Source: Novakomyces olei
Lineage: Eukaryota
Assembly: GCA_016906335.1 (NCBI GenBank)
Contig: JADEYG010000012.1
Coordinates: 186,001 to 250,000 of the forward strand
Reading direction: 5' to 3'
DNA: 64,000 nt
Shown here: positions 51,684-63,715 of the stretch, one piece after another
Numbering within the stretch: position 1 is the first letter of the stretch
How the letters are laid out: each line of letters begins with the position of its first letter
The notes under the pieces: model-generated
Databases searched by the model: none
What the model was told of the DNA's origin: nothing
The model's input: only the letters and a program-made list of their open reading frames with translations
Made by a program: the position numbers and the translations under genes

Positions 51684-52913
51684 ATGCGCTACCGCATTGT
51701 GGACCATGCGTCGACGAGCATGATTGGTGCACGAACGGCACAGCAGGATAGGTATGTGTAAACCAAACCTGCCAGGCACATTTAAAAAGAAAAACTTGCA
51801 CATGTACAGGAAACGGGCTTAGCAGGAAACGGGCTTAGCAGGAAACGGCTCTAGCAGCAGAAATAAAATAAAATAAAATTGATATAAATTCCAATGCTAA
51901 TTAGCAGAGTAAAAGTCGTTTTGCCGTGTGCACAAACGCACGGGTACGCTTACTTTGCCGTGTTTGATGCGCACGGGTACGTTTGGCCCGCGGTTTACGC
52001 GAGCGACCACCTTCACACGCTTCTTTTCTCTCATTCAGAGGCGCTTAATGCCGGAAAGTATGAGCACGTGCTGACACAGACGTTCACGGAGCTTGATCGG
52101 CGTATGCTACACTGGGCCATGGACGGCAATGTCCTGCACAGCCCGTTACTTGGCGGCTGTACTGCGGTAGTGGTCGTATTGGATTTGCAGCGTGGAATTG
52201 TGGCCTCTGCCAATGTCGGCGATGCTCGCGCCGTCATGGCAGAGGCTCAGCAGTTAAATAAAAAGGAATCGTCCACTCAATGGGCACAGAAATACGCTCT
52301 TTCGGCAGCCGCCTCTGCGGCAGCACTCCACCCGGATACTCATCAGCCACACAGCCATAGCGCTAAACCTACGGCCAGCAAATCTTGCGAGCAGGTGATA
52401 ATCCCCTTATCCACGGATCACAAGCCTTCAAACGCGCCTGAGCGTAAGAGAATCGAGGAAGCTCATGGGAAAGTGGATATGCGTGAGGGCCGGATTGGGG
52501 CGCTTAATGTATCCCGCTCACTCGGAGATTTTGCTTACAAAATGCCGTACGTACGGACGGCTAGAGAGCCGTACATGCAGGGCGCAATTGATGACTTTTA
52601 CGAGCCTACTGGCGATTTCATATCCGCTGTTCCCGCTACCAGTGTACACCAGCTGCCTGCTGACGGACTGGAGACACGAACAGGCCACTCGGACCGGCAC
52701 ACGTTCATTCTGCTCGGCTCAGACGGTGCCTTTGTCGATAACACTACGGGCCTGCCCCTGGATGCGTGGATGGTGGACCAAACGGCTCGGTTACTAAACA
52801 TAGACTGGAGTCTTGGGGAAATCACACAGTACATTGTCAACTCTGTCGTAGGGCGCTCGCCTTATGCGGATAATACGACACTGGCTCTAGTTTTGTTGGA
52901 GCCTGAGCCGTGA
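51684..52913 (+). CDS. PP2C/PPM-family protein phosphatase, divergent; 2 exons (51684-51751, 51908-52913)
   Basis: GARTAQQDR, FAVFDAHG, ANVGDARAV, LSTDHKP, LNVSRSLGD, LGSDG and ADNTT. Confidence 0.88.
51807..51856. repeat. 16-bp tandem repeat CAGGAAACGGGCTTAG x3 (third copy degenerate) in the PP2C intron
   Basis: Directly visible. Confidence 0.9.
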
Positions 52914-53340
52914 TTTTGCGTGTATATATGTTGTAAATGAGTAATATATATAGTAATATATAGTAATATAATATAGACTTGCTAACGACTTGTCGCAATA
53001 ATTTAATAAAAATTATTTACAATTCATAAATTTAATTTATTACAAAAAACGGGTACAAATGTACTGTGCAAAAATGATATAATTATACAACGACATAGTA
53101 AGAAGTATCCTTATTATAAATATCCTTGTTATAAATATCCTTGTTATACAATGACAGTACCCTAATGAATACTGATATTGCGTACAGTAACAACAGCTTC
53201 GCCCATGAATACCCAACCAACAAGGGCAAATGAGATAAAGCACAATAACATCCATTAATGAATTGCATCTATACGGTCATAATATACATTACAAAAGCGG
53301 AGCAGCCAGTACGCAGCCCGCCCAAGCTTTGCGTAAATAA

Positions 53341-54855
53341 TTATTCCCAGTTTTTAAGGCCAAGAGCATCGGCAACACGCTTGCCCAAACCAGGATCGAC
53401 CCTGGCGAACACTCGGCACTGCCTGGCTTTAATCTCGTCGCTTCCGCAGTTGGACATGTGACCAGAGACGTTGTCGATAAATCGGTCACGTGCTCCATCG
53501 TCAAATACACGGGTCCAAAGGGCATGCGGCTGCTCGAAATCAATGTCCCGTACTTCAGACAGGAAAGTCTGTGCCCGGCCGAGGTGCTCAATGTGTGGGA
53601 GTGAGTCACGCAGGCCCTTGGCAGCAAATGGAGCAGGTCCACGTGGCAGAGGCCGAATAGACGAAGGGTAATTGGGCCTGTCGCCCTGGTTGTCGATAGT
53701 ACCAGCTCCGTCTCGCTGAAAGTTGGCGATTTCATGCTTCACTCCCTTGGGCCTGTTGACTGGCAGTTGCTGGTAATTGACTCCTAGTCGGTGCCGGTGT
53801 GTGTCCGAGTAGGAAAACAGTCGGCTCTGCAGAACCGGGTCGGCTGAGGGATAAGTGCCAGGTGCGAAATGGCCAACGCCAAAGGCGAGCTGCTCAATCT
53901 CGGCAAAGTAATTGAGCACGTTACGGTTGAGAGTAAACTCGCCCACTTTACGCAGAGGGAACTCTGAGTGCGGCCATGTGTGCGTAATATCGAGGATATT
54001 GTACCGGAACTTTTCCGCCTGCTCGGGCGTCATTACCTGCACGTAAACGTCCCACGTGGGGTACTCGCCCCGCTCAATGGCCTCGTAGAGGTCGCGGGTG
54101 GAGTAGTCTGGAGCGCTGCCAGAAAGTTCAACAGACTTTGACTGCGGAAGCCAGTGGAAGCCCTGTCTTGAGATGCAGTGGATCTGGATGTAGTGGTACT
54201 CTGCAGGATTGTCCTGTCGGTTTACGATAAAAGTATGGCCCGAGTACCCGTTCATTTTACGGAACCCGTCGGGGACGCCACGGTCACCAAACAGGTACAG
54301 GACCTGGTGGACACTCTCCGGGTTCTGCGACAAGTAGTCCCAGAACATTGTCGAGTCCTGCAAGTGCCACAGATTGGACCCGTCCACCCTCCGCTTTTGC
54401 GTATGGATAAACAAAGGGAACTTGGCCGGGTCACGGATGAAAAACACAGGCGTATTATTGAAAACCCAGTCCACATTGCCCTCCTCAGTGTAGAATTTCA
54501 TGGAAAAGCCACGGACATCGCGCACGATATCCGGTGTCCCACGCTCGCCGCCGACCGTAGAAAAGCGGGTAACCATGTCGCAGGAGTAGCCGCGTTTAAA
54601 CATGGCAGCGCCGCATATATCCTCCAGTCCGTCCGTGGCTGTCCATGTTCCATACGCTCCAGCGCCTTTAGCGTGTACCACCCGCTCAGGGATCCGCTCT
54701 CTGTCGAAATGACTTAGCACGTCAATCAGGTGGAAGTCCTGTAGTAGCAGTGGGCCGGCAGAGCCGATACGCTGAGCCTCCATCGGCTCAGGGTACGGCG
54801 CTCCATTAGACGTAGAGTATACTCCGTGCTCGGGCGCTTTGTCGTTTTGCGTCAT
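53341..54855 (-). CDS. Monofunctional small-subunit heme catalase, intronless
   Basis: HFDRERIPERVVHAKG, RFSTVGGE, NNTPVFFIRDP and heme-ligand RLFSYSDTHRHRLG. ATG at 54855; the GTG extension in the ORF track is promoter sequence. Confidence 0.97.
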   Translation of the reverse strand: MTQNDKAPEHGVYSTSNGAPYPEPMEAQRIGSAGPLLLQDFHLIDVLSHFDRERIPERVVHAKGAGAYGTWTATDGLEDICGAAMFKRGYSCDMVTRFSTVGGERGTPDIVRDVRGFSMKFYTEEGNVDWVFNNTPVFFIRDPAKFPLFIHTQKRRVDGSNLWHLQDSTMFWDYLSQNPESVHQVLYLFGDRGVPDGFRKMNGYSGHTFIVNRQDNPAEYHYIQIHCISRQGFHWLPQSKSVELSGSAPDYSTRDLYEAIERGEYPTWDVYVQVMTPEQAEKFRYNILDITHTWPHSEFPLRKVGEFTLNRNVLNYFAEIEQLAFGVGHFAPGTYPSADPVLQSRLFSYSDTHRHRLGVNYQQLPVNRPKGVKHEIANFQRDGAGTIDNQGDRPNYPSSIRPLPRGPAPFAAKGLRDSLPHIEHLGRAQTFLSEVRDIDFEQPHALWTRVFDDGARDRFIDNVSGHMSNCGSDEIKARQCRVFARVDPGLGKRVADALGLKNWE

Positions 54856-54917
54856 ACTTTTTGTGTGGGAAAGTTCACTCGCTCCACAGTACAGCGAGCG
54901 TAGTGTGCCCGTCGGGG

Positions 54918-54955
54918 TATATATATATACCACGAGCTCTGCTGTGGAGAAGGGG
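54918..54955 (-). promoter_or_regulatory. Candidate TATA tract and STRE-like (AGGGG/CCCCT) element of the catalase gene
   Basis: TATATATATATA at 54918-54929 and AGGGG at 54951-54955, 60-100 nt upstream of the ATG. These are short motifs. Confidence 0.4.
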
Positions 54956-56602
54956 TGATTACAAATATACAGTGTCCAGAATCGTTCCGTCCAGCGCTCA
55001 CGTTTGCTTGTCGATCCGTGCCATCTTGATCTGGAGATTTGCTGACAATTATCGATGATATCATTGGCCTAATTTTTACGGATATTTCGTATTGAGTAAG
55101 TCATACTTTAGTCATTTTTTCCTGATTCGTCGAGCGGGACCAAGGGCGAGTTGAGCGACGGGCGCGGTGCGTGCTTGCAGGCTTTTTACATACTTGCTTT
55201 GCTTTTGAGGAGGCTTGCCGTACTCACGGCGCTTACATAGGGCACAATGGTGCTAATTTGATTCTAAGCTTGGGGACTGTTTTTTATATTTTCAATTGCT
55301 ACTATGTCTCGTTGCCTTTTTCCGTTTCATCGTGCTCCACTGCTGGGCAATATTAGCCTTCTACATTGCCTTTATACACATATTATTGCTCTATTGCGAC
55401 GACTATTTCGCGCAACGATCAAAACAGATACCGGATCTCGTTATGTATGATGGATCTTTTATTCTCGGCTCAAAATCTACACGTCGAAATCAAATCGAGC
55501 GCCTGTCATTGGCACGATATCTCTGCAAACGGATAACATAACCCAATCGTAAAATAAATGACTGCTCTGACATATCACGTGACCCTTGATGCTAAAATTG
55601 ATATCGCGCTGTTGGGACCCGACGCTGCGCGTCTGAGCTAGCTGCAACTGAAAATGCATATTGCTCTTTGCTTATTGATGAAATTTCCCAGACTTTGTGA
55701 TTTTTTACGAACCGATTTTGCTAATTGTTAGAACATGGTCTTTGTAGTTGTCGCCTTATTTGGCACCAGATCCTTCGCCCGAGCAGAAGCTGGTACTTTA
55801 ATTAAGCAATGTTGCGTGCTTTGTTACTGATGACTCAGCTTCGCTAATACTCCAGTGCCCGAATTGGTAAGCCGTACACGTACAATCAGCGTTTGACTAA
55901 AATATATACACATATCCTACAGTGGGCACCACGCTGGTAATTTTTTCATTAAAAAGACGTCATCATATTAAACGGGAAAAGTACGAGCGCACCGGCAATC
56001 CTCATGGGTTACACTCTGTATGCCTATTAAACTGATAGAAAAAGAAAATTTATTGTGAACCAGCTAATCAATCAATAGTTTTCATACCGGTGGTCCCTTA
56101 TTCATTTCACCACAAACTCCGTTGCACAGTCTGCCATTGGCGGATGCGTGTCCCTGCATCTGAAGTACACAGGCTCGAAGCTCAATATGGTCGGCCATAG
56201 TTTAGTTTTACAGATAGAGATTAGACGGGAATGTTGAAAATACGAGTAGGAGTCGGGCATTTTTGGGTCTAAATGAGCAGTAGAAGCCAACAAGTATTGG
56301 AAATTACTACAGAAACAAGTGCACCGGTAGTAGTGCGAAATACGATTATGGTGTGTAGAACAGTTGTACCAAGAAGCATCACGATGCTATGACGACATGG
56401 ATGGGCTTTTACAAATCGCAATTAAATATACAAAATAATGATGCTAATAGTATATAATTTATTGCAATTTTAATAAATATTATGAATAATAAATATTATG
56501 AATAATAAAATAATGCTAATAATATAAATATTACTAGATACCGATTGCTCCGAATACCTCCGTGTCTGTTTCACCGTCGTTGTCAGGACAGCACATTCGA
56601 CA

Positions 56603-57601
56603 ATGTTTCTGCGCTCTGCTTCACAATGCTTTCGCTTTGCGGGCGCCGGAGCGACTGCTGGCGCTCGTCGGCAGATGACGAGCCGAGCAAAGACCGCGCA
56701 GCCTCAGCGCTTTGGCGGTAAAACTGCAGCTGCACTGTTCGCCGTTGTGGGCACGTATTACGTGTACACGTACAACTCGATAGTGAGCGGCAAGCGTACA
56801 GTGCAAGCTGAAGAAGCTCCGCGTACTCTGACCGATCCCAACGCTTGGGTCGATCTGACTTTGAAGGAAGTCATAACAGAGTCACACAATACTAAACTGT
56901 TCCGTTTCCAATTACCGAGCCCGCAACACGTCATTGGCCTCGAGACAGCGTCGGCACTTGTCACAAGGTTCAAGGGACCCAATGACCAAAAGTTTACCAT
57001 TCGCCCGTACACGCCTGTCAGCGACGAGGACGAGCACGGCCACGTGGACCTGCTGATCAAACGCTACGAGGGAGGCAAGATGTCTTCGCACTTGCACGAT
57101 GACTTGAAGCCCGGCGATACGCTCTCCTTCAAGGGACCAATCTTGAAATACAAGTGGGAGCCTAATAAGCACGATACTGTTGTGCTACTGGGCGCCGGCA
57201 CTGGCGTAACCCCACTGTTTCAACTTGCACGCACTATTTTCAAGGACCCCAAGGATCATACAAACGTTATTTTCATTGATGCCAATATCACTAAAGACGA
57301 CATTTTGCTTCACAAGGAGTTTGACGAGTTTGAGAAAAAGCATCCCGATCGTTTCCATCCCACTTATGTTTTGGACAATGCACCGGATAACTGGAAGGGC
57401 AAGTCGGGCCGTGTTTCAAAGGAGTTGCTCAAACAATCGCTGCCCGCACCTGGCTCTGGCAATATAAAGATCTTTGTATGTGGCCCGCCTGGGTTCTACA
57501 AAGCCCTGTCTGGAGCCAAGGTCTCACCGTCCGACCAGGGCGAACTCACGGGCGCACTTGCTGAGCTCGGCTACAAAAAGGAAGACGTGTTTAAATTTTA
57601 G
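56603..57601 (+). CDS. MCR1: Mitochondrial NADH-cytochrome b5 reductase
   Basis: Presequence plus TM anchor, RPYTPVS, GKMS, GAGTGVTP, CGPPG and C-terminal DQGELTGALAELGY...VFKF. Confidence 0.94.
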   Translation: MFLRSASQCFRFAGAGATAGARRQMTSRAKTAQPQRFGGKTAAALFAVVGTYYVYTYNSIVSGKRTVQAEEAPRTLTDPNAWVDLTLKEVITESHNTKLFRFQLPSPQHVIGLETASALVTRFKGPNDQKFTIRPYTPVSDEDEHGHVDLLIKRYEGGKMSSHLHDDLKPGDTLSFKGPILKYKWEPNKHDTVVLLGAGTGVTPLFQLARTIFKDPKDHTNVIFIDANITKDDILLHKEFDEFEKKHPDRFHPTYVLDNAPDNWKGKSGRVSKELLKQSLPAPGSGNIKIFVCGPPGFYKALSGAKVSPSDQGELTGALAELGYKKEDVFKF

Positions 57602-58012
57602 GGGGGATTGATTTCTAGATGATCTTAGACTCGAGGTTAGATAGAAGCCCACATGCTTGAATGATTTAAAAGTTTTCTATTTTTCCAGTCAGAGAATAAT
57701 CGTCCAGTGACACGACCTATTAGCCGTGTACGTATAGACTGATTTTGCAGTTGCTGACCGCGGACGCGCACACAATATGGATGAGGAGTCGGTCGGACAG
57801 GCAAGTGTGACTACAGTGTGTCTACAAAATAATTGAATTTCGACTAGAAAATAATTAAATACCCCGTAAAGATTTGTATCGTGCTTTACTTGTGGTGACC
57901 CTATAAGACTGCGTATTAATATTTTATCCCGTGACCATAGTATAAAAAACAATATTACTTGTATCCTGTCTCAAGTAAAGTCTACAATCAATTCTTGATA
58001 TTAATCAAGCCA

Positions 58013-58035
58013 ACTAGGGCTAACCCTAGTGACTG
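58013..58035. promoter_or_regulatory. Ribosomal-protein promoter element: inverted repeat ACTAGGG-CTAA-CCCTAGT overlapping GTGACTG (Homol-D core)
   Basis: Lies 60-80 nt upstream of the RPL31 ATG. Resembles Tbf1/Homol-E-type and Homol-D motifs. Confidence 0.6.
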
Positions 58036-58095
58036 CTAAATTAACATCGACAAGAGTGTAAACATGGCGAGGCAGTCCACACAACACTAGACACA

Positions 58096-58501
58096 ATGGC
58101 ACCGGCACCGCGCACGAAGAAGTCGGCCATCTCGGAGGTGGTAACTCGGGATTACACCATCCACCTGCACAAGCGCATCTATGGAATCCAATTCAAGAAG
58201 CGCGCTCCTCGTGCGATCAAGGAGATTGAAAAGTTTGCCCAAAAGCATATGGTAATCTTAAAACTTTAATGTTATTATTATGTTAACGCTTCTCTAGGGT
58301 ACCGAGGAGGTCAAAATTGATCCGTCGTTGAACAAGGAAGTTTGGAAATATGGCATCAAGGCGGTACCGTACCGCCTGCGTCTTCGTATCTCCCGCAAGC
58401 GCTCTGACGAGGAGGGCAAGGGACTATACTCATACGTCCAGGCTGTTAATACCACGAATCCCAAGTTGCGCACCGTTGTCGTCGAGGAGGAGGCTTCGTA
58501 G
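58096..58501 (+). CDS. RPL31: 60S ribosomal protein eL31; 2 exons (58096-58251, 58298-58501); absent from the ORF track
   Basis: [31 protein letters not shown]...[33 protein letters not shown]. Confidence 0.97.
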
Positions 58502-58812
58502 CTTGCATAACATGGGCATAATTTGATTAAAATATGAGCATCTTGGTTTGTAGAGGCTATAGGATGCTACACGTGAAAATGGCAATGCTTCCATGGATCC
58601 ACTCTTTGAATTGAGTAATGGAAAACAATTTTGAACAAGTCAAATTCACTCTTACTATACTACAGGAATGGATCATAGAGAAGCCTGAAAGGAAAATGTC
58701 GCGATTGAGAGAAATGCCGTTGAAAAATCAATGATAAAAATATATATTCTATAAAACACAACGGGCTCTGATTGATAATTATAATCAGATCTATAGTCTC
58801 CGATATATTCGT

Positions 58813-61042
58813 TTAATTTGCGTCCCCGTCTGTTGAAATAATAGACCCGTCTTGGCCCAGAGTCACTCTCAGACCCATGTCTTCAGCCCAGTCAGGCAGC
58901 GGGGTCTCAAAGTGCCAAGGTTTACCGACTGCTGCGAGCACCAAACGCTCAGAGCTCAAGACTCGTCTTCGTCTTTTATGCCCAGCATTACAGTTTTCAG
59001 TTGCTTTTGCTTCTTCAGCAACAGGAGACTCGTTTGAGGGCTCGTTCCAGTACCGCCAAGCGTGTAAGAAAATCCCCAGTTCCGAAGGCGAAGGATCCGT
59101 ATACAAAGGAGTCCCACACTCTTCACAGAGTTCGCCAGTTAAAAGTTCCCCAATCCGCTTATCTCGTCGAGCCGCTGCTTCTGCAGGCGTTTCGCCTGTA
59201 ATAAACCCGCCACGTGTAGTTCGAACGATTCCTTGTTCATTAAACTGAGGATCCTTTTGGTAACTGTCGTTGCCAATACCGCCATTACTGTGGGCAGGCC
59301 CATTAGCTTCTGAGGGGTCAATATCAGTTTCTTTCTCGATCCCATTGTTCTCGACAGAGTCTACGTTATTATTCTCCAATATCTCTCCCTTCAAGGCTTC
59401 GCTAATATGAGGCACAGTATCAGCAGTGGCAGTCTTGCCAATCAGAGCCAAAAGCGATTCTACCGCAGAGTAATCCGTGTCTGATCCAGCGCGTCCTAAC
59501 GCGTCTCCCCATACGCGCCGATTCGCGTAAAGCGGATCGTTTGCGATTGGATGGCCGAGCCATTGAAGATGTACTCGCAACTGATGAGTCCGTCCAGTCA
59601 GAGGTCGGCACAGGACAATACTGTGAACTCCATCTGTATAAAGCCGCCGGAAAATGCTTCGAGACTCTTTGCCTTGAGCCTCGTCCGCTCTGGCGACCCG
59701 ATTCAGCCCGAGTTTAGGGTTTGATGTTATAAGAGGTTCTTCACATACAATCTCGCCGGACGGGAAGTCACCCACTACTTTTGCAATATATTCTTTTTGT
59801 ACAGTTTTGTTGAGCAGCTGCTCGCGAAAGGCATTCGCCGCTTTTCCGTTGAAGGCGAAAAACATGAGTCCACTGGTTAACCGGTCCAGCCTGTTGCACG
59901 CTTGCAGTGTTAGTTCAAGAGTCGAATAATACTTTGCTGATTAATGAACTCTAAACGAGCAAGTGAAAACGAGCAAGTGAAGATGATGCCCAACATATTG
60001 TAGACAGCGACCACATAGAAGGCAAAACGCCGACAGAATCAATATGTAAATGGAAAAGCAGCTATTGCAAACAATAGGAAAAGTTTTGGAAGACAAGCGC
60101 ACGCGTAACGGCGACTGAATATAACATGAGCTATGCAGCCAATAGACGACAGAATGCGATATCAGCACAGCCATAAAGTGCGAAAAGGATAAACGAAATC
60201 AAAACAGCGATAGCCAAATACAAACGGGGATAATATTGAAAACAGCATCATCAAACAAACTTACGAGCCAACTCAGTAGCCTCTCGTAGGCCATGTTCTA
60301 CTCGCAAAATATGCAAAACTGAATTGTGACGGTACCGTCCAGTTGGATGCACAGGAATTCCGGCCGGTTTCTCCACCACAAGCAAACTGTCGTCACGAAA
60401 GATTATACGGATCGGCTTAAGTAACACAGGCGGTTCGTGCTTATGTGCCCAATGCTCAATAATGTCGCTCGTGCGTACCATCGTGCCCATTGTCGCAATT
60501 GCCCCATTTACACGCATTTTCCCAGAGCGTATAGTTCTAGCATAAAACTCTGGTGATCTGTCCCGGAATTCTGTCGTAAAGATGTTGTAAAGTGTACGAT
60601 CGTTCCATCGCATTTTTGCGTTGCTAATTAAAGGGATTAGCCTAGTGGAACAAAAAAAAATGAAAAATGAAAAATGAAAAATAATGTTGTAGAACTATTC
60701 ATAAAGCACTTCCAGGACTCACGTTATATAGTGCCAGTAATAAGGATTTACCCGTCGTAATCCACGTTCCGTATCATGCACATATTCTGCATGGGTTAAA
60801 GGATCATCATAAGGTGGAGGATCGTAACCACGAAACCGGCTCATTTGTTTTGTCATTTTCTCCAATATTGTTTGCCAAAGGGGCGAAAGATAAGGTTGGA
60901 ATATGCGCTGGCGCCAACGTTTTCGATAATGGAAAAACGCTCCAAGAGCACGGTTAAAGGGGTATCGAATTTGCCGTGCCAATGAGCGCTTAGAAGCTCT
61001 GCCGCCCAAGGCGCTTGTAATTTTACCAGGTCTGAAGCTCAT
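58813..61042 (-). CDS. RluA-family pseudouridine synthase (Pus8/Rib2/Pus9-like, no deaminase domain); 3 exons; start at 61042 or 60856/60844
   Basis: GLRRVNPY, AKMRW, HKHEPPV, KPAGIPVHPTGRY, catalytic NRLDRLTSG, PLTGRTHQLRVHLQWLGHPIANDPLY and CEECG. Confidence 0.92.
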
Positions 61043-61799
61043 TCATCGAGCTCGTTATTCTGAGTACAATTTTGGAAAATTATTTTTTCTATTGTGAATA
61101 TATTTAATATGGGCTACATAAAGTATTTTATCCATATTAATTCAATTTAATAGATGGCTTTGTTTATTATTCTTTTTTATTGAGTGGGCTCCATATTGAT
61201 TGTATGGTAGGCTCATCAAACAAAAAAGTATCTCAACAAATTGATATGTACAGGAAGCGGAATTTATGAAGTAATCAATCAGGCAAAACTCATTCGAAAA
61301 TATCAATCTAAGGAACAAAAAAAGCCGACGAAGCCTATTGAAATAAACAAAAGCGCTATATCGAGCAATCTAATGCTTGATATTTGAAAAATAATACAAT
61401 ACAGCGAGCAAAATATCGTCTGAGCGACAGAATATTACGCCAAATGAAAAATGTTTTCAGAAAGTGTAAAATTTCGGAAAAGACTTTTGATCCCATTTCA
61501 ATACCTGGTATCGTTTTCGTTCTCTTTTTCCGGAGGTACGCATGTTTTCCGTCCTTGTCCTCATGTAATTGTCACAAAAACGCGACTACAATTCCAAAAG
61601 GAAAGTCGTCTAATAATGATCGTGATGTACACTCATTATATTGTTACAGAATTACATTTTACATTACATTATTTTATACACTAAATTATAATCACAGAAA
61701 CATGACTTATAAGTAATGCCTGTTACTTGTTTTGGCTTTAAGAGGTACAAAACTGTGCCCTGTCAGACAGCTCTGACCAATAACATGCAGCTGCATGTC

Positions 61800-62612
61800 C
61801 CCATATAGCCAAAATAGGCTAATCGTAACGAAAACAGGATCGCACTTGGTACGTTTTCGAGCACAGGTCCTACTTTGGTAATTGAAGTTGAGGCCTTTGA
61901 AATGTTTCTGTACTCGCTGCTAAATTGAGGCCCTTTCCTGAGGGTATAAAGCAAGGCGCTTTCGCACTCTTGAATCCTCATCTTCCATGATCCCGAGGAC
62001 CGGACCACCCCCCTCTTTGCTGGGCCCTGCTCCACTCAGGGATAACATCCTGGACTGAGGGTAGAGGCTAGTATTCCGCTTGGTGGAATGTTCATAACCA
62101 GGAGAAGGCTGCTGTCTCGTATGGGATTTGTGGGGTAATTTGTGGATCTCCCTGCAATATCTTGGGGCAGTGGCCCCCTCTTCTGGGACTACATGCTGCA
62201 GGCCCGGACCATATTCCGCTCAATTTTATTGGGGACAGGGGCTAGTTTTCCGCTGAAGTATGTCGGTGGCAGATTGAAGTTTGAGACTGCGAGTTCGACG
62301 GACTTTTGGAACACGATTTTCCTTGACCCACTGTCTTTCCCATATCCGCTGTGTCCGGCACAACCCTTGTTTCAACTTCGCAGCGATAATGGCTCGCTTG
62401 AAGCTCTCAAACCTGGTGGTTATGCTGTCATGGTGGTGAGTGCTATGGACTGTTCAGCGTCTTGGTGGGACACCGCCTACTTAGTGCTTCAGGCAGGACT
62501 CTATCGCTTGTGGCCCCCTGGCTTTCTCCAATGGCTATTACACGTTCGTGTTTTGGACAAGTACAGTGCTGCATGGTTTCCATTAGTTGCCAGTCATTGC
62601 TTTCGATTTTGA
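61800..62612 (+). mobile_element. Possible decayed non-LTR retrotransposon (LINE) fragment
   Basis: GC-richer island. One frame with several stops reads FLYSLLN*G...DRTTPLFAG..ST....GLRVEASIP, resembling the post-RT/thumb region of LINEs. The similarity is weak. Confidence 0.35.
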
Positions 62613-63715
62613 CAATCGACAAAGCCGACATTCCTTCTAATGGTTCATGGTGCCATCAAGTTCATCATGGACCAGCAGAAGTTTTGTCGGCTCGTCGTCT
62701 TTGCAAAATCTCTTTACTTTCTTTGAATTTTCTAACTTTATACAGGCTTACAGGATTGCAATATATTTTTAATTCGCATCGGGTTCAGTATATTCGCAAC
62801 AAACGTAACTCAAGTACTTTTTAAAAGATCGTTAACACCGGGTTTCAGTGGCTCATCAAATACTCATTTTCAAAAGTTCACTTCATTGATTTGCAAATTT
62901 TGCCTTGTTCATAGTGAACCATTAATCGTATTAAAGTTGACAATCAAAAAGCTACAGCATTTTACAGTATAATGTTTTTGGCATTATTATTGTAAAGTAC
63001 CCGCATTTTTAGCAGCATCTAGTTAAAGTTCCCCAGTTTAATGGCACATTTCAGATATTGGATCCTGATAAATTGATCCATATTCTGTAAAGAGTATTTG
63101 CTTAGCAAGGTTTACTCGATAAGCTATCTGTGGGCGAGGCTCAGAAATGGGCATTATTATACGAGAAAGCCCACGCAACGGAGAGCTCGTGCTAATGTGA
63201 GATTTTTCAATAATGATCGAAAAATAGTGGATTTCTTTCAGTTGACGTGCTCTTAGCTGTGTTAATGTAGGTTGTAACATTAATTTTATCATCTCTACAT
63301 TTTATTTCGTCGTCGTCTTTTTATTCATTTCTCTGCTCGATTCATTGCTGTCTGCCAATTTATTGAAACTATTGTTACGCTGACAATTATATATAATCTA
63401 ATTTTGTTACCTCTTCGACGTGGCTGCATTTAAATTAATATGACTATAGGGTTGATTACTTACAAAATTTGTATATTGTTATTGCAGTATCTCCTTCCAC
63501 ATTGTCATTTACCAACTCGATATATTATTCCAAGAGCCTCTAAATTTCAGGCAAATAAATAATAATTAACGATATAATATAATATAATTCAAGATTAATC
63601 CGGCCGCTTATCGGAAACAGTCAAAGACCAAGACGGGTATGATTGGCTGTGAGCAGGCTTTGATCTCGGGCAGATCGACGCTAACTGTAAAGCAGCAAAT
63701 TGAGTACCGCCAAAA

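Noticed and set aside
51807..51856. CRISPR-like direct repeats
   Set aside because: Head-to-tail tandem copies without spacers, inside a eukaryotic intron, with no cas genes.
53341..57601. Horizontal transfer of the intronless GC-rich genes (catalase, MCR1; also ADE6)
   Set aside because: The proteins look like typical fungal family members, and MCR1 has a mitochondrial presequence. Lack of introns alone is not evidence.
59875..59900. Alternative genetic code (CUG reassignment)
   Set aside because: CTG encodes the conserved Leu of the catalytic RLD motif here and occurs at Leu positions in other genes. This fits the standard code.
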